NCBI GenBank assembly: GCA_007693385.1
Contig: REDR01000073.1
Coordinates: forward strand, 372-64,371
Length of the DNA stretch: 64,000 nucleotides
Reading direction: 5' to 3'
Origin: Anaerolineaceae bacterium
GTDB taxonomy: Bacteria > Chloroflexota > Anaerolineae > Aggregatilineales > Phototrophicaceae
Shown here in pieces: positions 10,104 through 17,986 of this stretch. The translations under genes and the position numbers were made by a program. Numbering within the stretch: position 1 is the first letter of the stretch; the number at the start of each line of letters is the position of its first letter. The notes below the pieces were generated by a model. That model ran no database searches. It had not been told where the DNA came from and was given only the letters and a program-made list of their open reading frames with translations.

Positions 10104-12395
10104 ATGAGGCGGAATGTGATGGTTGACTGTGTGCGGATCGTGGTGGAAGGGACGGTTCAGGGTGTCGGTTTTCGCCCGTTTGTCTACCGGCTGGCGCACG
10201 ATCTGGCGGTGCGTGGTTGGGTGAACAACAGCCCGCAAGGGGTGACGATTGAAGCGGAAGCTGTCCGCGATACACTGGATGCGTTCATCGCCGCTATCCG
10301 TGCTGATGCCCCGCCTCATGCTAGCGTCCAGCGCGTGACTGTATCGCCCGCGCCCGCCGCCGGATATACCGGCTTTGAAATCCGCGCTAGCGACGAATCC
10401 GGCCAGCGACGGACGCTGGTTCTGCCTGATCTGGCGACCTGTCCGGATTGTCTGGCGGAGCTATTCGACCCGTCAGACCGCCGCTATCGCTATCCGTTCA
10501 TCAACTGTACGCACTGCGGCCCGCGCTACAGCATCATGCAGGCGTTACCGTATGATCGCCCGCATACCACCATGCGCCATTTTCTGATGTGTGATGCCTG
10601 TCGCAGTGAATACGAAAATCCGCTAGATCGCCGTTTTCATGCACAACCTATCGCCTGTCCGGAATGCGGGCCGCATGTGATGCTGGGTGATGCAGGGCAG
10701 GGGATCATCGCTGAAGATGATGAGGCGCTACGCGGGGCGGTGGACGCCATCCGGCGCGGCCAGATCGTCGCGTTGAAAGGGTTGGGCGGCTTTCAGTTGT
10801 TGGTCGATGCCACCCAGCACGGGGCGGTGATGCGCTTGCGACGGCGTAAACATCGGCCTGATAAACCGTTCGCGCTGATGTACCCTGATTTGCAAACCGT
10901 CCGCGCTGATTGTGATGTGTGCCCCGAATCGGCGCGTTTGTTGGCCTCTCCTGCCGCGCCGATTGTGCTGGTGCGTCGCCGCTATACCGCCAGTCTCAGC
11001 GCGGCCATCGCGCCGGATAACCCGTATCTGGGCGTGATGTTGCCTTATACGCCGCTTCATCACCTGTTGATGCACGATCTAGGCCGTCCGATTGTGGCGA
11101 CAAGCGGCAATCGTTCCGACGAGCCGATTTGCATTGATGCGGAGAGCGCCTTGCAAGAATTAGGCGACATCGCTGATGTTTTTCTGTTGCATAACCGGCC
11201 TATCGCCCGTCAGGTAGATGATTCGGTGGTGCGGGTTGTCAGTGATAAGCCGCTATTGTTGCGGCGGGCGCGTGGATATGCGCCGCTCACCATCCCGCTA
11301 CACGGTGATGATGATTCACGCTTGGCGTTCGGGGCGCATCAGAAAAGCACGGTGGCGGCCTACGATGGAGCGCAGGCGATATTGAGCCAGCACATCGGCG
11401 ATCTGCAAACGGTGGGGACGATGAGCGCGTTTCATCGGACGCTGGATGATCTGCAACGGCTGTATGATCTGTCGCCGCCGGTTCGGGTGATATGCGATAT
11501 GCACCCCGATTACTACTCATCACACGCCGCAGAGGGTAGCGGACTGCCATTGACGCGAGTACAGCATCACGCGGCGCATCTGTTCGCGTGCATGGCAGAG
11601 CATGATTTAGCCGCGCCGGTTCTGGGCGTGATATGGGATGGCACCGGCTACGGTACAGATGGCACGGTATGGGGCGGTGAATTCCTGCATCTGGCCGATG
11701 ACACGGTTCAGCGCGTGGCGCATTTCCAGCCGTTTTATCTGCCGGGCGGCGAGCGTGCCGTCAGCCAGCCGTGCCGCGCCGCGTTTGGCCTGTTGTATGC
11801 GCTGTACGATGGCGATATATCGCCCGATCACGCCTTCGTCCGTGCGTTGGGCGAGGATGTCGTGCCGATCTTGTCACGCGCTATCGAGCGTGGGATCAAC
11901 GCGCCGCTTACGTCGAGCGTCGGGCGGCTTTACGATGCGGTAGCCTCCTTGCTGGATATGCGACATGATACCTCATTCGAGGGGCAGGCGGCCATGATGT
12001 TGGAGTTCGCCGCGATGCGGGCGGGTAGCTGTGGCGGTGATGTGCCGCCGTATCCGTTCGCATATCCGGCGGACGCGACGCAAATCGGACTCAAGCCGCT
12101 AATCTCGGCATTGTTGGCTGATCTGGCCGGTGGTTTGCCGCGTGATGTGATCGCGCTCCGCTTTCATCGCACGCTGACCACTATCGCGGTAGATGTGGCG
12201 CGGCGGGTGGGCGCGGTGGATGTGGCGCTGAGTGGCGGCTGTTTCCAGAATAGCGTCTTACTGAATTGCACGATTAACCATCTGCGCGAGGCGGGCTTCC
12301 GGCCACACTGGAACCATGCCGTCCCGCCGAACGATGGCGGCATCGCGCTGGGGCAATTACTGGCTGAATTGAGAGGGTATCGACTATGTGTTTAG
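10104..12395 (+). CDS. hypF: carbamoyltransferase HypF
   Basis: Acylphosphatase domain (VQGVGFRPFVYRLA), two zinc-finger pairs (CPDCLAE...CTHCGPRYS; CDACRSE...CPECGP), then YrdC-like and Kae1-like domains. 763 aa. Confidence 0.95.
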   Translation: MRRNVMVDCVRIVVEGTVQGVGFRPFVYRLAHDLAVRGWVNNSPQGVTIEAEAVRDTLDAFIAAIRADAPPHASVQRVTVSPAPAAGYTGFEIRASDESGQRRTLVLPDLATCPDCLAELFDPSDRRYRYPFINCTHCGPRYSIMQALPYDRPHTTMRHFLMCDACRSEYENPLDRRFHAQPIACPECGPHVMLGDAGQGIIAEDDEALRGAVDAIRRGQIVALKGLGGFQLLVDATQHGAVMRLRRRKHRPDKPFALMYPDLQTVRADCDVCPESARLLASPAAPIVLVRRRYTASLSAAIAPDNPYLGVMLPYTPLHHLLMHDLGRPIVATSGNRSDEPICIDAESALQELGDIADVFLLHNRPIARQVDDSVVRVVSDKPLLLRRARGYAPLTIPLHGDDDSRLAFGAHQKSTVAAYDGAQAILSQHIGDLQTVGTMSAFHRTLDDLQRLYDLSPPVRVICDMHPDYYSSHAAEGSGLPLTRVQHHAAHLFACMAEHDLAAPVLGVIWDGTGYGTDGTVWGGEFLHLADDTVQRVAHFQPFYLPGGERAVSQPCRAAFGLLYALYDGDISPDHAFVRALGEDVVPILSRAIERGINAPLTSSVGRLYDAVASLLDMRHDTSFEGQAAMMLEFAAMRAGSCGGDVPPYPFAYPADATQIGLKPLISALLADLAGGLPRDVIALRFHRTLTTIAVDVARRVGAVDVALSGGCFQNSVLLNCTINHLREAGFRPHWNHAVPPNDGGIALGQLLAELRGYRLCV

Positions 12396-12634
12396 CCGTT
12401 CCGGGAAAACTGCTGACGATCACCGAAACCGACGACCCGCTAGGGCGCTCCGGACGGGTGAGCTTTGGCGGCATCGTCAAGACGGTGAGTCTGGCTTATG
12501 TGCCGGAAGCGCAAATCGGCCAGTATGTGGTAGTGCATGTCGGCTTCGCTTTGCAGGTGATCGACGAGGACGAAGCCCAGCGCGTATTCGAGTATTTGCG
12601 TGAAATGGACGAACTGGACGAACTCGAATCGTGA
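12386..12634 (+). CDS. hypC: hydrogenase assembly chaperone HypC
   Basis: Starts MCLAVPGKL (essential Cys2). 82 aa. Overlaps the hypF end. Confidence 0.95.
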   Translation: MCLAVPGKLLTITETDDPLGRSGRVSFGGIVKTVSLAYVPEAQIGQYVVVHVGFALQVIDEDEAQRVFEYLREMDELDELES

Positions 12635-12665
12635 AGGCTGGCGGAGAGGTACGGGAGCATAAATC

Positions 12666-13769
12666 GTGAAATATATCGACGAATATCGGGACGCGGCGCA
12701 GGCCAGACGACTCGCGGCGGCTATCGCTGACGTGACCACCCGCCAATGGACGCTGATGGAGGTCTGCGGCGGGCAGACACACGCTATCGTCAAATTCGGC
12801 ATTGATGCGCTGTTGCCGCCACAGATCAACCTATTGCACGGGCCGGGCTGTCCGGTGTGTGTGACGCCGGTATCGCTGATTGATAAGGCGGTGGCGCTGG
12901 CCGGTCATCCGGATGTGATCCTCACGTCTTTCGGCGATATGATGCGCGTGCCGGGCACAACCGGCGATTTGTTCAGCGCGAAAGCGGCGGGCGGCGATGT
13001 ACGCATGGTGTATTCGCCATTGGATGCGGTGCAGATCGCCGCCGACAATCCGCATAAGCAAATTGTATTCTTCGCGGTAGGCTTCGAGACAACCGCGCCG
13101 GCCAACGCGATGGCGGTCTATCAGGCGGCACAGCGCGGCCTGCATAACTTTAGTTTGCTGGTGTCTCATGTGCTGGTGCCGCCCGCTATCGAGACGATCT
13201 TATCTTCGCCGGATAATCGCGTGCAGGGTTTTTTGGCCGCCGGTCATGTGTGCGCGGTGGTTGGTTATGAGGAATATGAACCGCTCGCGGCGCGGTATCG
13301 TGTGCCGTTCGTCGTCACCGGCTTCGAGCCGCTAGACATCCTGCACGGCGTCTATATGTGCGTCAAGCAACTGGAAGAGGGGCGGGCGGAAGTCGAAAAC
13401 CAGTATGCGCGATGCGTGCGACGGGAAGGCAACATGCCGGCGCGGCGGCTGGTCGATGATGTGTTCACGGTTGTCTCGCGGCAGTGGCGCGGCATCGGTC
13501 ATATTGCCGGTAGCGGGCTGGCTTTGCGTCCGGCTTATGCTGATTTCGACGCGGAGCGGCGCTTCGGTCTGGCGGCGGAGACCGTCGAGCAGGTCGGCGC
13601 GTGCATCAGTGGTTTGATCTTGCAGGGAATCCGCAAGCCCGCGCAATGTCCGGCCTTTGGCCGCGAATGCACGCCGGAGCGTCCGCTAGGCGCGACGATG
13701 GTCTCTTCTGAGGGCGCTTGCGCCGCTTATTATCGTTATCGTCGTCTGGAAACGCAGGAGGAATCATGA
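12666..13769 (+). CDS. hypD: hydrogenase formation protein HypD
   Basis: GTG start giving [19 protein letters not shown] and GFETT motifs and a C-terminal Cys-rich region. Confidence 0.95.
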   Translation: MKYIDEYRDAAQARRLAAAIADVTTRQWTLMEVCGGQTHAIVKFGIDALLPPQINLLHGPGCPVCVTPVSLIDKAVALAGHPDVILTSFGDMMRVPGTTGDLFSAKAAGGDVRMVYSPLDAVQIAADNPHKQIVFFAVGFETTAPANAMAVYQAAQRGLHNFSLLVSHVLVPPAIETILSSPDNRVQGFLAAGHVCAVVGYEEYEPLAARYRVPFVVTGFEPLDILHGVYMCVKQLEEGRAEVENQYARCVRREGNMPARRLVDDVFTVVSRQWRGIGHIAGSGLALRPAYADFDAERRFGLAAETVEQVGACISGLILQGIRKPAQCPAFGRECTPERPLGATMVSSEGACAAYYRYRRLETQEES

Positions 13770-14797
13770 CCACCGACTTCACGCTGACCTGTCCGATTCC
13801 GTTGAGCGATTACCCCAATGTGACGCTGGCGCATGGCGGCGGCGGGCGCTTGATGCACAACTTGATTGATAAGCTGTTCGCCGCCACATTTGCCCGTCAA
13901 GCTGTCGGCGCTCAACATGATGGCGCGGTTTTCACGGCGTCTGCTGGTCGCATGGCTTTCACGACGGATTCTTACGTGGTGCAACCGATTTTCTTTCCGG
14001 GTGGCGACATCGGCACATTGGCGGTTAATGGCACGGTCAATGATCTGGCGATGTGCGGGGCGCGTCCGCTTTATTTGAGCGTCGGCTTGATTCTGGAAGA
14101 AGGCTTGCCGATGCAGTCATTATGGCGCATCGCGCAATCCATCGCTTCTGCGGCGGATGCGGCGGGCGTGCAGGTTATCACCGGCGATACGAAAGTGGTC
14201 GATAAGGGCAAAGGGGACGGCATTTTCATCAATACGGCGGGCGTCGGCGTGCTGACTCATGACCTTAACATCAGTCCGCTTGCGGTGCGTCCGGACGACG
14301 CGGTGATCCTCAGTGGCGACATCGGGCGGCACGGCATCGCAATCATGGCGGCACGTGAAGGGCTATCTTTTGAGAGTACCATTGAGAGCGACTGCGCCCC
14401 GTTAGCTGATTCGGTGCTGGCGTTGCTGGACGCCGGAATAGATGTTCATTGCCTGCGCGATCTGACACGCGGCGGTCTGGCGAGTGCGCTAGTCGAGATC
14501 GCGTCTGCGGGTGGGGTGCAGGTCGCTGTTGACGAAGCGATTATTCCGGTTAACGAGGATGTGCGCGGCGCGTGCGAAATTCTGGGACTTGATCCGCTAT
14601 ATGTGGCAAATGAAGGCCGTTATGTCGCTTTCGTGCCGCCACATCAGGCGCAAGCCGCCTGCGCCATCATGGGCGATTCGGCCTGCATCATCGGCCATGT
14701 GCAATCCGGGGCGGGGCGCGTCGTCATGCGAAGCGTTATCGGTGCGGATCGACTGATTGATATGCTGAGTGGTGAGCAACTGCCGCGCATCTGCTGA
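13766..14797 (+). CDS. hypE: hydrogenase expression/formation protein HypE
   Basis: ATGA overlap with the hypD stop and GGAGGA RBS. PurM-like fold sequence ending in the conserved PRIC. The track start at 13718 lies inside hypD and has no RBS. Confidence 0.9.
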   Translation: MTTDFTLTCPIPLSDYPNVTLAHGGGGRLMHNLIDKLFAATFARQAVGAQHDGAVFTASAGRMAFTTDSYVVQPIFFPGGDIGTLAVNGTVNDLAMCGARPLYLSVGLILEEGLPMQSLWRIAQSIASAADAAGVQVITGDTKVVDKGKGDGIFINTAGVGVLTHDLNISPLAVRPDDAVILSGDIGRHGIAIMAAREGLSFESTIESDCAPLADSVLALLDAGIDVHCLRDLTRGGLASALVEIASAGGVQVAVDEAIIPVNEDVRGACEILGLDPLYVANEGRYVAFVPPHQAQAACAIMGDSACIIGHVQSGAGRVVMRSVIGADRLIDMLSGEQLPRIC

Positions 14798-14963
14798 CCA
14801 TCCGCAAAAATGAGTAGAATGGAAGAAACTGCCCCGTTCTGCTCACTGTTTTCTCCCCTCTGCGATTGTGTCCGAAACTTCTTGAGAAGCGTTATTTCAT
14901 TGATTGTGTCATATAGACTTCTGTCAGGCGCTTGATACCGGCTTACTCCCGAGACACTATTTT

Positions 14964-14992
14964 TTGCCTGCAATCAGCCTTCGAGATATAAT
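14964..14992 (+). promoter_or_regulatory. candidate sigma70-type promoter (TTGCCT-17 nt-TATAAT)
   Basis: Hexamers at 14964-14969 and 14987-14992, about 30 nt upstream of the membrane-protein start. Confidence 0.45.
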
Positions 14993-15023
14993 ATGAACTC
15001 CATTAAGATTGGGGGATATTATC

Positions 15024-15515
15024 ATGCAGATATTGGATGTCGTCCTGTCCATTTTTGTTGGTGGCGTTGTTCTGTTCCTATGGACAGGTCTAGCGCAGAA
15101 CATATTCACGTGGGGCGTGCGAAGTGTGCAACAGCATGACGGCGACGATACTATCGGCGGGGCATTAGCTGAAGTGTCCGAAGACGGTATGCTGTACGTC
15201 AAAGATCGCGTGGCGGCTTTTATCGCAATTAAGCCGACATCTTATTATTCGACGAAGCGTTATTTCATCATTGAGTTCATCACACAATTGGCCGTCGGAT
15301 GTGTAATCACCGCTATCCTTCTGCTAACTGACGGCTTGGCCGATGGTCAACGTGTGCTAATCATCGGGCTAGTGGGGTTGGCTGGTGTCGCTAGCATCGA
15401 CCTGCAATATTGGAATTGGTGGGGTTTTTCGTCGCGTTATACGTTGGGCGTGGCGGTCAATAGACTGGTCGGTTATCTGTTGGCTACGGTGATTTTAATC
15501 AATTGGATATTGTAA
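15024..15515 (+). CDS. hypothetical integral membrane protein (about 4 TM)
   Basis: ATG preceded by GGGGGA (15011-16). Hydrophobic segments are visible. GC is lower than in the flanks. No recognisable family. Confidence 0.6.
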   Translation: MQILDVVLSIFVGGVVLFLWTGLAQNIFTWGVRSVQQHDGDDTIGGALAEVSEDGMLYVKDRVAAFIAIKPTSYYSTKRYFIIEFITQLAVGCVITAILLLTDGLADGQRVLIIGLVGLAGVASIDLQYWNWWGFSSRYTLGVAVNRLVGYLLATVILINWIL

Positions 15516-15518
15516 TTT

Positions 15519-15549
15519 CCCTTCGTGCATCAGGCGAAGGGTTCGATTT
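15519..15549 (+). terminator. weak hairpin after the membrane-protein gene
   Basis: CCCTTCG / CGAAGGG 7-bp stem with a 9-nt loop, followed by TTCGATTTC. Confidence 0.35.
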
Positions 15550-15660
15550 CTCCCCGCCCGGCACGCAGTCGGATGATGTGATGGTGGGTGCTGGTCGTGG
15601 GGTTCGAAAAGTCTTAAACTTCGTTTAATATGAGTATTGTATTAATATATGACTAATTTG

Positions 15661-15690
15661 TTGATATTTTTTTGCCATTTATGCTATGAT
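15661..15690 (+). promoter_or_regulatory. candidate promoter (TTGATA-18 nt-TATGAT) for the 30-codon ORF
   Basis: Lies in a stretch with 27 G/C in 120 nt (15601-15720, my count). Other hexamer pairings are possible in such AT-rich DNA. Confidence 0.3.
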
Positions 15691-15751
15691 TATACTATTG
15701 TATTTTTATTATGTTAAGTCAATTTAACTAATCTATTCAGGAGAAAGTACT

Positions 15752-15844
15752 ATGCGTTTTACAAGCTACCTATTCTCAATGTTCTTTTCGTTTCCGTTTG
15801 CCACTCCAACTATAGAAAAGAAGCCCGGTCGCACGACGTATTAG
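15752..15844 (+). CDS. candidate small ORF, 30 aa, Phe-rich hydrophobic peptide (MRFTSYLFSMFFSFPFATPTIEKKPGRTTY)
   Basis: My own reading; the ORF is below the track cutoff. AGGAGA lies 6-7 nt upstream of the ATG. It sits in a very AT-rich stretch with a candidate promoter and a perfect terminator 44 nt downstream. No homology evidence. Confidence 0.3.
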   Translation: MRFTSYLFSMFFSFPFATPTIEKKPGRTTY

Positions 15845-15887
15845 TAATATTGTGATCGAGTGATAGCTTAAAAAGCGACATCAGCAC

Positions 15888-15929
15888 AGGATAAAAAGCG
15901 CCGCTCTTTTGAGCGGCGCTTTTTATCCT
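15888..15929. terminator. bidirectional rho-independent terminator (19-bp perfect stem, TTTT loop)
   Basis: AGGATAAAAAGCGCCGCTC-TTTT-GAGCGGCGCTTTTTATCCT. A/T runs on both sides. Lies between the convergent small ORF (+) and the cytochrome c gene (-). Confidence 0.85.
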
Positions 15930-15992
15930 GCAATAGATTTCGCGTATCTGCTTACAGCGCCACGATCAATCAGTTCAGCAGATGGCGGGCGA

Positions 15993-16265
15993 TCAGACCA
16001 GCATCTCATCACCGTGATGCCATGTATGGCCGGTGTCGTTATGTGGCGGTGCGCCTCTGCGTCCGGTCTGGTCTGGCTCTAACGGCGCATCGGGGAACTG
16101 GCCTTCGCCCTGTGCCCCATGACATATCGCGCAATATTGCCGGTAAATTTGTTGTCCTTGTGCCAGTTGCTCGCGGTTGAACGTCTGATCAAGCACGGTG
16201 ATTTGTGGCTGGCTGTTACAGGCGGCCACAACGAACATCAGGAGCAGGATTGTCAATAGCTTCAT
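15993..16265 (-). CDS. small lipoprotein c-type cytochrome (monoheme)
   Basis: MKLLTILLLMFVVAAC lipobox, a single CAICH heme motif, and GAGGGTGAGG RBS before ATG 16265. The longer track ORF (to 16448) adds an Arg-rich extension with no RBS. Confidence 0.75.
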   Translation of the reverse strand: MKLLTILLLMFVVAACNSQPQITVLDQTFNREQLAQGQQIYRQYCAICHGAQGEGQFPDAPLEPDQTGRRGAPPHNDTGHTWHHGDEMLV

Positions 16266-16357
16266 AACCTCACCCTCAGTTTTGCATCGCGCTGAGCCGC
16301 AACACGCCACACACGACAGAGACGACCACATCCGCGCAAGCGTTCGTGTCGGTCTGC

Positions 16358-17980
16358 TTAATCCGGCACCACGAAGCGATTGACCAGATATACGCCCCCG
16401 ATGAAGGTCAGCACGCCGACACCGAGCGAGATCAACACCAATAGCCACAGGTTATCCGTGTCGGATTCTGGTTCCATAGTCAGGCGGCGCAACTCGAAAC
16501 GCACAATCTCGCCCGCGTTCAAGTCCAGCACCGCGCTATAACGCGATGTTGGCCGTTCGGCCTCTTCGATCACCGGCATTAGCTGGTCGCTTTGTACGTG
16601 CATCGTCGCCGGATGCAATACCAGCCGCACCTCGCCCTGCAAATCGTATTCTAGCGGTTGCGCCACCAGCGCGGAATCGACGGCGGGCACGAAAAACATA
16701 GTCTGGATGGTGTGCATCTCGCCGGGCAAAACCGGAATCGTATCCACCACCATGAACGGCGATTCGCTGAAGATGTAACGGTTATCGCTCTCCGGTGTCT
16801 GCACCCAGAAGCTATCGCGGGGGAGTGGTACGCGCACCGATGTGAACACGTTCTCGTCAACCTGTTCATTTGTAGAGTAGGCGCGGTCACTGTCGTTGCG
16901 GAATGTCATCGCCTGCAATATCTGCGCCCCACCTTCTACCGGCGTCACCTGATACAGCATGTCGATGATCGTCAGGTGACTGCTATCGTCGGTCAGATCG
17001 TAGATCGTCAGGGGTACGTCGATCATCTCGCCGCCAGCCGCACGGGTGAAATCACTGAAGAACAGGCGCTCTTCATGGGTGACGCCGACGGCGTAGGTAT
17101 AACCCGCGCCGGTGGGGATGTCGTCGAAAAGCACTTGCCCGTCGGCGTCGGTGGTCGCTTCGTGCTGGGTGACTTCAAAGCGACTGTTGACCGCGAATAG
17201 CGTGACCGGCGTATCGACCACCGGCACATCATCCCGCGAGCCATTGACCACGATGCCGCGTATCACTTCCGGCGTACTGGCGGCAACTTCGACGCCTGCC
17301 GCGCCTTGCATCCGCATATAGGCCACTATCGCCCATCGCTCATCATCGCTGAGCGGGGTATCCAGCAAATCGCCCAGCAGATCGAACAGGTCGGCGTCGG
17401 ATTGCTGTAACGCCGCTTCCGGCGCGATCATCGGGCACGCTTCGCAGTGTGTCGCCCACAGCGTTTCGCCCAATGTGATGTCGGCGGGATCATAGCGCAA
17501 GCCGAAGATGTAGCCGGTCACGTCCCAGCGTTCGCGCGGGGTGAGCGCATTGGCCCACGGTGGCATCAGATTTTCGATGCGCCCCTCCGTGATGATGTCG
17601 AACCACGCTTGCGGGGTGATGTCGTGCAGGACGTCGGCGGAGGTGAAAGACACCATCTGCGGCACGCTTCCAGCGATCACCAATTCACCATCGCCCGCGC
17701 CGCCGACGCCGTGACAACTCGCACACTGTAATTCAAATGTCGCTTGACCGGCAGAGGGATTCGGCACGATGGCGGCTTCAATGACTGGCGTTGGCGTGCG
17801 TGGTGGCGGCAATGTGGAGACAATGCGCGGCTCGCCGCCCAACCCGCCGCAGGCGGTCAGTGTGATGACGGCGAATAGCGCGAGTAATGATAGTTTTTCG
17901 GTGAGCGCCGCCGGAAACTTGATGCTCCGGCGGCTGATAGTAGCGGAGATGTTGCTTAGCTCAATAAAGCGAGATGGCAC
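16358..17980 (-). CDS. membrane-anchored lipoprotein with a cytochrome c domain, a degenerate second cyt c-like domain and beta-sandwich domains
   Basis: GTG start 6 nt after the nrfA stop. LTLTAC lipobox, CASCH heme motif with downstream MPPW, a second class-I-like segment carrying CEACP (no His), a carboxypeptidase-regulatory-like stretch, and a C-terminal TM helix (LWLLVLISLGVGVLTFIGGVYLV). Confidence 0.7.
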   Translation of the reverse strand: MPSRFIELSNISATISRRSIKFPAALTEKLSLLALFAVITLTACGGLGGEPRIVSTLPPPRTPTPVIEAAIVPNPSAGQATFELQCASCHGVGGAGDGELVIAGSVPQMVSFTSADVLHDITPQAWFDIITEGRIENLMPPWANALTPRERWDVTGYIFGLRYDPADITLGETLWATHCEACPMIAPEAALQQSDADLFDLLGDLLDTPLSDDERWAIVAYMRMQGAAGVEVAASTPEVIRGIVVNGSRDDVPVVDTPVTLFAVNSRFEVTQHEATTDADGQVLFDDIPTGAGYTYAVGVTHEERLFFSDFTRAAGGEMIDVPLTIYDLTDDSSHLTIIDMLYQVTPVEGGAQILQAMTFRNDSDRAYSTNEQVDENVFTSVRVPLPRDSFWVQTPESDNRYIFSESPFMVVDTIPVLPGEMHTIQTMFFVPAVDSALVAQPLEYDLQGEVRLVLHPATMHVQSDQLMPVIEEAERPTSRYSAVLDLNAGEIVRFELRRLTMEPESDTDNLWLLVLISLGVGVLTFIGGVYLVNRFVVPD

Positions 17981-17986
17981 GTTCAG

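Noticed and set aside
13718-13765. N-terminal extensions implied by the track for hypE (13718), hypA (9699), the small cytochrome c (16448), nrfA (19384), hutU (63737), the YgaP-like gene (37556), the alpha/beta hydrolase (35734), paralog A (51894) and the hypothetical gene at 27683
   Set aside because: In each case an internal ATG with a good RBS gives the family-typical N-terminus or signal peptide, while the extension overlaps the upstream gene or terminator and is Arg-rich.
15535-15552. GGTTCGATT resembling a tRNA T-loop
   Set aside because: The flanking bases do not form a T stem or acceptor stem, and the upstream sequence is the coding end of the membrane protein. It is better explained as the descending arm of a weak terminator hairpin.
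15560-15929. Calling the two AT-rich islets (15.6 kb and 33.9 kb) mobile elements
   Set aside because: I could find no integrase or transposase, no terminal inverted repeats bracketing the islets, and no flanking direct repeats. Foreign origin is only suggested by composition.
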